Shown: positions 23,400 to 37,108 of the stretch, in pieces
How the letters are laid out: each line of letters begins with the position of its first letter
How positions within the stretch are numbered: the first letter of the stretch is position 1
Assembly (NCBI RefSeq): GCF_001194135.2
Contig: NC_069008.1
Coordinates: 18,476,701-18,540,700 of the forward strand
DNA: 64,000 bases
Origin: Octopus bimaculoides
Lineage: Eukaryota
Direction of reading: 5' to 3'
Position numbers and translations under genes: made by a program
Notes under the pieces: model-generated
The model's input: only the letters and a program-made list of their open reading frames with translations
Database searches by the model: none
What the model was told of the DNA's origin: nothing

Positions 23400-23800
23400 G
23401 AGACTCTCTCTTTCTCTCTCTCTCCATCTCCTTCTCTCTATTTCTCTCTTATTTTCTTTCTCTATTTTTTTTTTCACTGATTCCACTATTTCCATTTCTC
23501 TCTCTTTCTCTCCCTTTCTCTCTCTCTTTGTCTCCCTTTCTCTCTCTCTTTGTCTCCCTTTCTCTCTCTCTTTGTCTCCCTTTCTCTCTCTCTTCGTCTC
23601 CCTTTCTCTCTCTTTCTCTCCCTTTCTCTCTCTCTTTCTCTCCCTTTCTCTCTCACTTTGTCTCCGTTTCTCTCTCTTTCTCTCCCTTTCTCTCTCTCTT
23701 TCTCTCCCTTTCTCTCTCTTTCTCTCTCTCTTTCTCTCGCTTTCTCTCTCTCTTTCTCTCACTGTCTCTCTCTCTTTGTCTCCCTTTCTCTCTCTAAATA
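23400..23800. repeat. Long CT-only (polypyrimidine) tract with about 20-22 bp higher-order periodicity
   Basis: Recurrent TCTCCCTTTCTCTCTCT units over about 400 bp. Confidence 0.9.
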
Positions 23801-25845
23801 TCCTTCTCCCTTTCAGCTATTACCTCTCTTGGCACAACATTGCCAAATCAATCGCACTGCAAGAACAAGCAGAAGAACATTAAAGACAATGACAAAAGCA
23901 GATAACAAACAGTGCAATCTCAGCCTCTGCCCACGAACGAGTCGCAGCTGGCAGCCTGCAGCAGACGCTCGTGAATCGTTTTAGAAGGATAAACCCCTTC
24001 AGAACAATGCCACCATCGATCCATTGAGGATGGGACAACTGGAGGACAGAGAGCTGCCCCCTCGTAGTCAGCTGCTACACATTCTCTTGACAGGAGCATT
24101 TTGAAGGATCGTACCTTCTACACACACACACACGCACACACACACACACACTCATTGTCGTGCTTAATCATATGTAATTCTGCTCCAGTACTTTAAATGT
24201 ATTTCATTTTACCAGAATTCTTTTTAAGTTGGGGTTTTAGGGTAGGATTAGGGATTTCTCTGCTTCTTAAACATTTCTGGCCTTTGATGATTTTTTGAAA
24301 TTCTATAATAAAAATGTAGTAAAATACAAATTAAAAAAGGTATTTCTGTTATATTTTTAATTTTCTAAATTGTCTCATTGTTTGCTGTGGAATAAATTTT
24401 TCTTGTAACATCAAGGGTTACTTGATAGTAAATCAAAGACTTCCTTTATCAACTTACCCTGCAAAATACATGAACTTTATCATGATATAGCTATTGTAAA
24501 TACATACATACATACATACATACATAAAATGGGTCCCTAGGATTACACACACACACACACACATGACAGTCTTCCATACAGTTTCCATCTCCCAAATTCA
24601 CTTACAATCAAGTCTCTCATTAGAAGAGAAAAATGCAAGGGAGATAAATCCTATGGAGATAATCAAACGAAGAGTTATTTCCTTTGAACTACCGACAGTC
24701 TCTTCTGTGGCAGGGATAGCTTTAAATGGTAATTAGAATTGGAGGAAATAGCAGCCAAATCTCCCTCAAATCACACCCTACTGTTTTACGTATGCATGAA
24801 GCAATGAAGGACACCTCTACATGGTAGCTAGAGCTGGTGAAAATCAAAATTCATTCACAAGTGAATCATGGTGCATTCTCACAGATTATATATCATGATA
24901 TGTATGCATGTATATGTGTATGGATGTATATATATGTACGTGTGCATCAAATGTCTCTTCTACAAGACATTTGTTGCTGTCTCTCTAACAAATTTTTATC
25001 TTTCACCACCCGACATAAAACCCTTTCTCTCAAAATCACAGCCCAGCTCAGTTGAGGGAGTCATTTTGAAACATATTTAGTAATGATGATAATGATGATG
25101 CATACATGCCAGTGCCACCTGACTGGCTCCCGTGCCGGTAACACGTAAAAAGCACCCACTACACTCTCGGAGTGGTTAGCGTTAGGAAGGGCATCCAGCT
25201 GTAGAAACTCTGCCAGATCAGATTGGAGCTTGGTGCGGCCTTCTAGTTCACCAGTCTCCAATCTAACCATCCAACCCATGCCAGCATGGAAAACGGACAG
25301 GGGCCAGAGGTGGCTGGCAATGACCATGATCAGTTGGTCCTTTTTACGTGCCACCAGCACGGGGATCACAGCTACAATTTCCATTTGATATATATACATA
25401 TATATATAAGAGGAAAGGTAAGTTCAAAAAGAACAATTCAAATATTTTGGGGGATCCAAAACAAAAGAAAAGTTGATTTCTTATAAGGATTCATCATATT
25501 CATGAAAATCAGCCAAAACAGGTAATAAGAATATGAAAATAATATTTGAGGAGATTCGTTATAGGTATAAGGATACACCATAAACAAGTATAAAAAAGAA
25601 ATGGAGAAAAGATGTTGAAACAGAAATAGATTTATTATAAAACTGGATTCAATGCAAACGTACGTTTCGAAAAACAATGCAAAAATGTAAGAAAACATTT
25701 AAACCATAGTGATTATAATTATAATTGAAAATAAAAAATTAAAATTAAGAATAAAAATTAAAAAATTAAATTAAAAATTTAATTTATGCATTATCACTGC
25801 ATATATATGTATACATTCATATATATGTACATATATATATATATG

Positions 25846-25877
<32 letters not shown>

Positions 25878-25964
25878 NNNNNNNNNNNNNNNNNNNNNNN
25901 NNNNNNNNNNNNNNNNNNNNNNNNNNNNNNNNNNNNNNNNNNNNNNNNNNNNNNNNNNNNNNNN

Positions 25965-26012
<48 letters not shown>

Positions 26013-26072
26013 TACATATCTACATATGTATTCCTACATATGTGTGTGTCTGTATGTAAATATGTATGCATG

Positions 26073-26120
<48 letters not shown>

Positions 26121-26452
26121 TTCATGTGTATGTGTTTGTATTTCTATTAAGGTTAGCCGTATACATTGGCACCAACCTCACCCAGAGGAACCCAATGAGA
26201 AGAACTAAGCCAGTCTGTTGCACCCTGGGTGGCCTCTTACTCCACTATGTTTGCTTTTTAGCAGCAAATCTTGCCAAAAATTGAGAAATTGGGGTTGTTT
26301 TTCTGTTGTGGTTTTTAATATTGAGTAAATTTTCTCTCCCCTCCTCTTTTTCTTTGAACGAATGAATGAATCTCTCTCTCTCTCTCTATCTATCTATCTA
26401 TTTATCTATCTATTTCTCTATCCATCTATCCATCTATCTATCCATCTATCTG

Positions 26453-26502
<50 letters not shown>

Positions 26503-26505
26503 CAT

Positions 26506-26539
<34 letters not shown>

Positions 26540-26955
26540 CTATCTATCCATCCATTCAGAGCTGCCATAAAAGAGTTGGTGTGGAAGGTTATTGGGCAAA
26601 ACGGTGATGCCATGCAGCATAAAATACACAACATCAACTAGAATGCTGCTTTTCTCGTTTTTATTTTGTGATCATAAAACGAAAAATTTCCCTTAACTTC
26701 TAAAAAGATATACATCAAGACCATGGGGCTGGTACATATATACANNNNNNNNNNNNNNNNNNNNNNNNNNNNNNNNNNNNNNNNNNNNNNNNNNNNNNNN
26801 NNNNNNNNNNNNNNNNNNNNNNNNNNNNNNNNNNNNNNNNNNNNNNNNNNNNNNNNNNNNNNNNNNNNNNNNNNNNNNNNNNNNNNNNNNNNNNNNNNNN
26901 NNNNNNNNNNNNNNNNNNNNNNNNNNNNNNNNNNNNNNNNNNNNNNNNNNNNNNA

Positions 26956-26986
<31 letters not shown>

Positions 26987-27051
26987 CGCGCGCGCGTATG
27001 TATGTGTGTATGTATACTCATGTTTTAAGTTCTAATTTTCAATTGCACCCC

Positions 27052-27098
<47 letters not shown>

Positions 27099-27901
27099 GA
27101 CCCACCCGTCCACCCATGCGGATATCTTTCACACAGTCCATGCTGCGATTCGATCTGCTGAATTGTTAACTTGAAAGTAAAATGTTTCTTTTTTTCCCCC
27201 TTTGGTGCGCCTGACATAAGAAAGAAAAATAATCGAAGGAAATAAGAGATAAACAAATTTTCTTAACCGAAAAAGTAATTAAAATTGTAGAAATATAGTA
27301 TTTATATTCGTTTATTTGATAATATTTTTATTTAAAAGAGGTGAAATATTGAAATCAAAGTGTGTTGTTGTTCTCGGGTAAGCGTGGTGTCGGCTGCTCG
27401 GGTCGTCGCTGCCATTGGCGGTTCGTCTGCTGCTGGTGTCGGCTGCTTCATAAAGTTTTTCAATGTAAGGAGCCGAGACGGATGGACCCTTATTTTACTG
27501 CTCTGTCTCTTTTCTATAACTCGCCTAGGGTGTAACATTGAAGCTAGAAAGAAGAACAAGTGGAAAGCAACGAAGAAAAGTCATCAGAACGAAGCAGCAA
27601 CAACAACAGAATTCTTCTTTGCGACCATTTTGAAGTCTCATCTTTCTTTCTCCTCAAAACTTTTCTTCTTCTTCATAGTTTTATTTATTTATTCTTTTGC
27701 CTCAACCCGAAACCTGCTGCCTTTCATTTTTCTTTAGAACTTATTTGCTTCTCTATCTCTCTATCTCTGTTTCTCTCTGCTCGTCTTTAACTGTTTTATT
27801 GTCAGCCCTAACCGAAAGATATAAATATACTCACGTTGTATATTTAGACAGACACAACTGAGGGGGATCTCGAACAAACAAGCAACAACACTCGCCGCAA
27901 A

Positions 27902-27926
27902 ATGTCTGAAGATTGGAATACCTACT
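27902..27926 (+). CDS. Putative start exon of an unidentified gene (MSEDWNTY + 1 nt)
   Basis: GCAAAATGTCT Kozak-like context, strong donor ACT|GTAAGT at 27927, candidate acceptor tatttag at 27847, within a CpG-enriched island. Confidence 0.4.
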
Positions 27927-28520
27927 GTAAGTTACTCGTATTTTATGTTATTATATCTTCATTTCGTGTTTAAACAGCGACAATTGGGGAACAAAAATAG
28001 GTCCGAATCAGATGTTGAGAAGAAATGATGGTCGAGAGTCGAAAGGAATAAAGATAAGAAAATAAATTCATGCTAAAGAGAGTCGTTAATGGTTTGTAAA
28101 AGATTATATAACATAAATACTTTCTAAATATATATTTGTAAGGAGAACTAAGGCTGGAGATGAAATAGTTTCTCGCAGATGATAGGATTTTAATTTCCCC
28201 AGTCAAACTACAGCATAACCTCATGTAACGCCGGTGGGATTGAAACCTTCACCTTCCCTTTTACACAGCTCTGACCGCAGGTTCGAACCCTGTCTCTTCT
28301 TTCTAGATATTATTCTTTTTCATTTGCTTGTCAATTCGGGGCTTAAAAGTTCGGAGAGAAAGCATGAACACCACAACAGCTCACGACATCGTTAGAAAGA
28401 AGGAAAATGACCCTTCCCTCATGTTTTCGACTGCGGACAAGGTTCGATCTTGGCATGTAGATATTTACTATAATACACTTCATTTTCATTGTAAGAAAAG
28501 AGAACATGAAAGCCACAACT

Positions 28521-28553
<33 letters not shown>

Positions 28554-28804
28554 TTCTGTCGATTTTTGCAGGTCTGTAAATAATAACATTTTATAAACTT
28601 AAAGCTTACACGATGATCGCTTTTAGTTTTAAACTTATAAAATATTTGTGTGTGTGTGTTGTGTGTGTGTGTGTGTGTGTGTGTGTGGTCGAACCCCTGC
28701 TAGAATGGAAAACGGACGTTAAACGATGATGATGATGATGATGTGGTGTATATGTATCTGCATGTGAGTGTACACACACACACGCACACGCACATATATG
28801 TATA

Positions 28805-28840
<36 letters not shown>

Positions 28841-28878
28841 TATATATATATATATACATACATACATACATACATATA

Positions 28879-28938
<60 letters not shown>

Positions 28939-30849
28939 GAGAGAGAGAAACTAACAGATAGACAGATACCTATACACCATTACTGCCATCCATCCCAAAT
29001 AAACAGTATCTCCACTACCAGTGCCAACATCTTATTCCACAACCACTATTACCACCACCACCACCACCACACAACAGCAGTATCACTAATATCATTACCA
29101 TATGCCACTATCACCACCCTATCATCCACCCCTCCATTTCTGAACTGGTACCTTTAAATGGTGAATGAAAAATTTGATCTTGGCACAGTTTGAACACAGA
29201 GCCCCTTTGACCAGAAATCATACCACAAGATATTCTATCCTCCACCCTAATATTAGCACCACCTGATGATGTAATGTTGAGTTTTTATTTATTGGATGTC
29301 CACGATTGATGTGGGGTACTTGATGCCCTAGACCAGCCAGACAATGTGCTCTCTCTTCGCCTGGTCCTACAATCTCCCCCCCCCCACTTCTTCCAATTCT
29401 ACAATATGCTACCAGCACCTTCCACATGATGGTTTAAACATGTCCTGACTGCCGATACTCAGATGTTTGTTGAGGCTGCAGTTTCTCTCTGATGGTGGAC
29501 AGGTGTGGTCACCATTTGTGAAACCTGATTTTCTGGCAGAGCTGCAGTCCAGGGTGAAGCAAAGACAGGATTGGACACCTGGCATCTAGAATAGGGGTAG
29601 GTGCTCACCACCCTCCACCAGTCAGGCAACGGTTCAGTGGATGTTCCACTTTAGCAATCTGTAAGGGGTTTAGTGGTTGGAAAAAAAAGTGACAGAAGCA
29701 AACCAACCAGTCTGTTCTGGAGTTCTTTTGGATTGGGGACTTCCATGGATATCTTCCAGAATTCTTTGACCTGCTTATACTACAAATGGATGCTAGCAGA
29801 TTGGGATAAACTCTACAGGTACACAAGTGAGATGCTAGCAGATTGGGATAAACTCTACAGGTACACAAGTGAGATGGGTGCAGAACAATGAAACCATGCA
29901 TTCACTCGTTCAGTGTTCTGGCTTTACTGACTCACGGAGTTATGTTGAATAGCTGCTGTCATATGTGGGACAGATCTGGTTATAAGCCAGGTCAATCATT
30001 ATTCTTCACGCTTTTTTCTATCATTGTAGCTAAGATAAATATGTTTTGCTTTTAAAATATGAAAGTTATTTAGATCTAAACCTGATTACTCTCCTATAAA
30101 ATTTTGCTACAAATTTTTATGTAAACTTTTGCCAAAATGTTGTTAGGGGCCAGTCCTAAATGATGATGATGATGATATACAATCATACATACATATATAA
30201 TAAGATGGTCATGAACTATATTTCTGTACTTCAGATACTAACAAAGTCTCTCTCAAATCGCCATCCTAACATGTTGGATAATGTAATGTTAAGTTAGGAT
30301 GGTCCTGGGTGGATTTACAGGTCTTCTCAATCATGGCTGACTTGCAGCTAAACAACATTGATGATGCCATGTTCAGTTAGAAATTGCAGCCAATCATCCC
30401 TCAAATCACATAAGCTGTATAAAAACCAAGAAGGACATATTGTATGTTTACTGGACAGTCATGGTTGGAATGCATTTGGTCATAGGTCTACTTGATCAGA
30501 GTTGACATGGGGCTAAATAGCAACAGTTACATGCTGTTTATTTTTGGTTAGGTGGACTGTACCATGTACCTCCACATGGACTCTCTTTATGGCTAGATGG
30601 ACTATGCACCTCCACATGGTAACCATTTGCACCTACATAGATTGTGGCACACTTATGTGGACCCTGTTTATAGTTAGCTGGCCTGTGGCATTTCCACATG
30701 GTATGTATTGACAGCTAGAGGGATCCAGGCATCTCTGAGTGGTACCTGTTTACAGCTTGACAGACTGTGACACTGTTACATGATATCTAGATACCCTGCT
30801 CTTTCTCCATGGTACTTGTTCACTGCTTGTGTTTGTCAAGCCTGCTATG

Positions 30850-31360
30850 GATGGTTCTTGAGCTGTGTTGCTGCCCAGATGTTTGAATCTGTGAAAAAGT
30901 TCACAGTTTGATTGATTATTGCAGATGAGTGCTTTGTATGAGGGGCTGCTGGTTGGTACATGATTTGTGCTATTGGTGGAGATGAAGTCTTCACAGACAG
31001 GAGAGAAACTTTTGATGAAATACTTGAATCATGATCAACAACCCAACCGTGCAGACCCATTGAGTGGGGTTGCATAAGCTGTCGGCTCTCTCCCTATGAA
31101 ATCAGCAATGCACACCACAAGGGAAAGTCTCAGCCTCCAAACTTCCAAGTTTAAGGTCTATATCAACAAAGGGCCAGTGAGTTGGAGATTATTTTTTACA
31201 GCATGGTACTCAGTTACAGCTACATAGACTGTACCTCTTTTGGCAGGTACAGCAAGAATCTCAGTAGATTCCATCTGAACAAAATACTGCACATTTTGTG
31301 GGTTGGACAAGAGCTCAGAATTGAGGTCCACAATTGTCGATGAGGAAGCTTGCATGTAGT
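30850..31360 (-). mobile_element. Highly degenerate RTE (BovB-like) RT remnant
   Basis: PAKRGTV resembles FRxxRGTVD, FVDIDLK resembles FVDLTKAFD, and IMYQPAAP resembles VMYQPAP. Confidence 0.5.
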
Positions 31361-32129
31361 TGCTCCATCTATTAGAAATAGCAGCTAATTCTCACTCAAT
31401 CCTATCATCTTTAAAAAAGAAAGGTATGTTGGATAATGTAGTCCTAGATACTCTTAGATGTATGAGATGATCCTAATTGATATGACCATCATCATAGGTT
31501 TATTCGTGCAAGGCTGGCCAGGGGCTAAGGAACAATGTGATTCTGTACCTGCTTATAGTCTTTCCTGAGTATACCCACCTTAATTGTGCAGTAATGATGA
31601 TGATGATTATTATTATTATGATGACATATGAAGCTGTTTAATAAAAGGCAGTTTAGAGAATGTCCTTCGTTGTGGGATGTGAGTTGAAGACTGGTTGGCT
31701 GTTGTTTCTAGCAAGTCCTTTAAGCACATCTCTCACATAACAAATGTGTGGGTGTATGTTTGTGTGTGCATCTGTATGTGTAGATGTTTGTGTTTGTATG
31801 TAAATGTATGTATACATGTTTATGTGTATGTATGTATGTACATATGCATGTGTATGTTTGTGTGTAGGTATGTGTGTGTATATATGTATATATATGAGTG
31901 TGCATATGTTTACACAAGCATAAACATCCATAAACATGCAATTTGAGGGGAGGGGTAAAGTCAATTCCATCCAACCTCAGTACTCAACTAATACTTATTT
32001 TATTGACCCTGGAAGATGAAATTCAATGTCGACCTTGGTGGCATTTGAACTCAAAACATAAAGATGTACAGTAGACCGCTGAGCATTTTGCCCGGTGTGC
32101 TAACAATTCTGCCAACTTGCCACCTTAAA

Positions 32130-32171
<42 letters not shown>

Positions 32172-32699
32172 TTGGCTTCAAATTTTGGCATAATGCACAA
32201 ATTTTGTCCTGTGTAGCAATATTGGCTTTAATGGTGGTGAGTTGGCAGAATCGTTAACAGCATTTCATCCATCTTTATGTTCTGAGTTCACATTATGCCA
32301 AGGTTGACTTGGCCTTTCATCTTTTGGGGGTCAGTAAATTCAGTACCATTTACCAATGGGGTCAAAGCAATTGATTTGTCCCTTCTCCTGAAATTGCTGG
32401 CCTTGTACCAAAGTTTGAAACCAATATTGGCTTTAGCATTATAAAAGTGGGTCTTTTTGTCAATACAGTATGATTTGCTGGTCATTAGCTTCAATGGGGC
32501 CTTACTTCAGCTCCAGTGGTTCATGGATTAGCTGACCCTTTCATTTCTACTGAGTTGACTCTTGACATTTGTAGACAAGCTTCAATGTTGTTTCTAAACA
32601 ACATTGAACTGTCTTTGTTTATGCACAAAACTCTACTCATCTCTGTTCACTGAATGAACTGGTGCAGTTGCGAACCCTTTCAGCAAAGGTGTTTGCTGC

Positions 32700-33295
32700 T
32701 GCTTATATCTGTGCTGGAAGGACAAAACCTCAAGTCTTTAGGTCCCTGGTCCTCCCTGTCCTGCTCTATTGTTGCAAGACTTGGACACTGGCTGAGGCCT
32801 TTAGGAGCCACCTGAACTCTTTTGGTACCAGGATAGCTTTGCAGGATTATCGGTTACCATTGGCTGGATTTCATAACCAATCAACAACTCTTCTCAGAAC
32901 CTAAGACGCATCCTGTTATTTGTGTGAATCCAGAGTGCCAGCTCAGTGTGGTTGGCCATGCTGCTCGATTTTCTGAGTTAGACTAACACTAAACTTCTGT
33001 CTTTAAACCCTTTAGCATTCAGATCCCTGTCAAATATAATGCTTATTTATTCCTATTTTTTAAACTCAACTTAGGTCCTGAAGTGTTCTCTTCACTGAGG
33101 ATTTGGCTGGGTTGATGGCTATTTGTGTTGGTCAACTGCATGCCACATAGTCACTACAGATGAGGGGTAATCTCATGGATATGGGAACTGACTGCGACTC
33201 TGCTCAACAGGTCATCTGGAGGACCTGGGAACATACCAACAGATGATAAATGCAGCAGCACACTGCAGTGGTGCATGTCCCCACACCCGACCTGT
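32700..33295 (+). mobile_element. RTE LINE 3' fragment
   Basis: QVFRSLVLPVLLYCCKTWTL..RSHLNSFGT resembles LLYGCETWTL. Later GHAARF resembles GHVAR. Confidence 0.75.
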
Positions 33296-34120
33296 AAACT
33301 ATACACATAATTAGTTTTTTAAGCCTTAAATAAAAATAACTTCTTCAATCTAAAGTTTTTCAACAGTGATGGTCTCCATAGGATCTGTGTAATGGTTGTT
33401 GTTTCCACATTACAGCCATAAACGAGGCTTTTGTATTAATGGTTATGAGTTTGCGTCCAAGGTGTCACCTTCTGAATTAATGTGTCTGGCCTTTGTCTTT
33501 TTGCCTGTTAGCTACACGTTCAGTACGGGTCTGGTCATTGCAGTTAAAGTCAGCATTTGACCTTCACATTGACCACGTGACCTTGACATTGGCATGTGTG
33601 ACCTTGACATTCCCAACCTTGGTCAATCCTAAGCATTAAAACAACATCATGAGATGGAGATATTCCCCAATATCAGCCACAAACTCTGTGCCCTCCCTCA
33701 AGGTCAAGGGTCAGAATTGTGTGTTGTGGTTGTTTAGCCCTCGGTCAGTCTGATCGAGCATTTTTATGATCATCCCGTCTTTCATACTGACATAGCATAT
33801 CTAGGACTACATTATCTAATGTGCCTTTCCTTTTGTTATTGTTGTTTAGCCTCAGATCAGTCCTGATCCAACAGACGTATGATCATAGACATTCCAGCCA
33901 TGGCGATCCTATCTTTTAGTTTATTAGGGAGGGAGTATATTGTGTTATGTATCCTTCTTTAAAACAATAGGGTGTGATTTGAGAGAGATTTAACTGCTAT
34001 TTCTTGCATATCAAGTAGCTACATAGAAGTGATGTATCTCTTACTATAAAAAACATGAGCCAGCTCTCTCTCTCCATTTTTTCTTCAAATAATGCAAGCA
34101 GCAAGTACTATTAATGTTAT

Positions 34121-34157
<37 letters not shown>

Positions 34158-36227
34158 TGTACATACATATACGTACCACAATATACGCAACAACGTGTGT
34201 GTGTGCTTGTATAAGTGTATGTATGTATGTTTGTGTGTATATATATATGTGTGTGTGTGTGTTCATATGTGTGTGTGTGTGTGTGTGTGATCATCATAAG
34301 TTAAAAGTCCCTGTTTCCTGCTGGCATGGGTTGTTGGACAGGATCCAGTGGGTCTACGGACGGCCCCTGCCCCATTGTCTGCTTTGCCATGATTTCTATT
34401 TTCATCTCTTCCCAGCCCCACCTGATTGCTCCCACCCTCTCTTCTCATCATGTGGTTCTTCTACAGCAGTGGTTTCCAAAGTGGGCAGCACTGCACCCCC
34501 TGGGGGCATTGGACAGATTCGTAGTGAGGGCATTGAAGAAGACTGGGCCAATAATGGGGTAACCAAATGAAACGACAGTCATGGCCATTGCTGGTGTCAT
34601 GTAAATGGCACCTGTGAAATTGTAATTGTGGCCATTGCCAGTAGCATGATCTTCGAATGTTGGGCCTCACAGAGATGATGACAAGAGACAGAGACCTTTG
34701 GTAATATGCTGTGCTTGAGAAGACTCATCAAGCCAGATGAAACTATAGTCAATACTGTTGTCAGTGTCATGTAAATGGCACCCGTGCTGGTGGCACACAA
34801 AAATCACCCATTACACTCTTGGAGTGGTTGGCTTTAAGAAGGGCATCTGGCTGTAGAAAATATGCGAAATCAGACTGGAACCCGGTGTAGCTGTCTGACT
34901 TACCAGTTCCAGTCAAACCATTTAGCCCATGCCAGCATGGAAAACGGATGTGAAATGAAGATGATGATGATGATGATGATATATGTATACATATATATAA
35001 TTGTATATATATATATATAATTGTATATATATATATATAATTGTATGTATATATANNNNNNNNNNNNNNNNNNNNNNNNNNNNNNNNNNNNNNNNNNNNN
35101 NNNNNNNNNNNNNNNNNNNNNNNNNNNNNNNNNNNNNNNNNNNNNNNNNNNNNNNNNNNNNNNNNNNNNNNNNNNNNNNNNNNNNNNNNNNNNNNNNNNN
35201 NNNNNNNNNNNNNNNNNNNNNNNNNNNNNNNNNNNNNNNNNNNNNNNNNNNNNNNNNNNNNNNNNNNNNNNNNNNNNNNNNNNNNNNNNNNNNNNNNNNN
35301 NNNNNNNNNNNNNNNNNNNNNNNNNNNNNNNNNNNNNNNNNNNNNNNNNNNNNNNNNNNNNNNNNNNNNNNNNNNNNNNNNNNNNNNNNNNNNNNNNNNN
35401 NNNNNNNNNNNNNNNNNNNNNNNNNNNNNNNNNNNNNNNNNNNNNNNNNNNNNNNNNNNNNNNNNNNNNNNNNNNNNNNNNNNNNNNNNNNNNNNNNNNN
35501 NNNNNNNNNNNNNNNNNNNNNNNNNNNNNNNNNNNNNNNNNNNNNNNNNNNNNNNNNNNNNNNNNNNNNNNNNNNNNNNNNNNNNNNNNNNNNNNNNNNN
35601 NNNNNNNNNNNNNNNNNNNNNNNNNNNNNNNNNNNNNNNNNNNNNNNNNNNTTTAGGATTTGAACTCTAGGAGCTGTTGTTGTTGTTGTTGTTCTAGAAA
35701 ACAATTAGGTGAGTTGTCATAATTCACCAAATCTAGCTCAGTTTCCATGTACCTGTGCTGCCAGCCTCGCCTTGTAGTCATAGCAACCTGTTACCATAGC
35801 TACTGACTTGCACTCCCCCCCCCACACACACACCCATCCCTCTGGTGTAGCTCTAAATTAGATTTCCTCTTGCAACATCTTGCACCCCTCCCACCCTCAC
35901 ACACACACACACACACACCCTTATTGGGTTTCTGTTTACCAACATCTCCGACTTACACATCCCTTCCCCCTCACTACGCACGCACCACTGCAGGTGTGTT
36001 GATATGGCTATGTAACTATTGTACACATGCATACGTCTATGTATATATATATATATATATATATACATATACATACACACACACACACTTGTAAAAGTGT
36101 GTGTGTGTGTGTAGCACTTTTAGTGATTGTATTTGTGTAAGTTTGCTTATTGTTTGCTTATTAACTACAACCATAACAACAACATGAGCATCATCACTCA
36201 CAGCCTCCACATCACGGCAACAACCTA

Positions 36228-36264
<37 letters not shown>

Positions 36265-36891
36265 AAACAAAGCCCAGACATTCCGACATCAAATGAAACA
36301 ATGTTTGTCAAACATCTTTGCCAAAGTCAGAAATTGAAATTTACGTAAAGGGGACAGGAACGTCTGTGATGAAGATCGTGATGACATGTGAAGGGGGGAA
36401 AGCCAGCAACCTGTTTAGAGTCTGACAACAATCACAAGCGGGCATGTAGGGCCTGGAGAAATCCCCTGCTTTCACACCGTTTCTAACTTTTCATTTCAAT
36501 ACTTCCAGATATGCAGAACATGGCAAACTGCACCAGAACCCATCCCACAGACACGGCCCCCGCCTGCCCATCTTATATGCACATCTTCCAAGTTTGAGTA
36601 ATACTCACCTTCCTTTCAGACCCCTTCACTTTCAAACCTTCTGCGGGGGATAAATGATATCAATCACAACAACAACAACAACAACAACCGCAATGCACAC
36701 CAATGACAATGGCCTCCACCCTTCCCCTCACCTGCTGTCCATTTGTGCCCAACACAGTCCAGATGGCATCTCAATCCTGCTCAGACTGTCCATGGTTCTT
36801 TGATAAAAACCTTTTATTTTAAACTAATCGAAATTCAAAATCTTCCATCTAATTTTCATGTTGATTTATGTTCCAAACATCAGCTTAATAA

Positions 36892-37108
36892 TCCTTTCTA
36901 CTATAGGCACAAGGCCTAGGTTTTTGTGGGGCAGGGGAACAATTGATCGCATCGACCCCAGTACTTGACTGATACTTAATTTATCGACCCTGAAAGGATA
37001 AAAGGCAAAGTTGACCTTGGTGGAATTTGAACTCAGAACATAACAACAGACAAAATACCACAAAGCATTTCGCCCGGTGTGCTAACGATTCTGCCAGCTT
37101 TCCCCCTT
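36892..37108 (-). mobile_element. tRNA-derived SINE with conserved central domain (CTTTTATCCTTTCAGGGTCGATAAATTAAGTATCAG), flanked by imperfect 19-bp TSD
   Basis: Head GCTGGCAGAATCGTTAGCAC..GAGTTCAAATTCC. Flanks CAAACATCAGCTTAATAAT (36874-36892) and CAAACACCAACTTAATAAC (37109-37127). Related copies at about 12760-12960, 31970-32130, 32230-32420 and 47620-47800. Confidence 0.8.
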
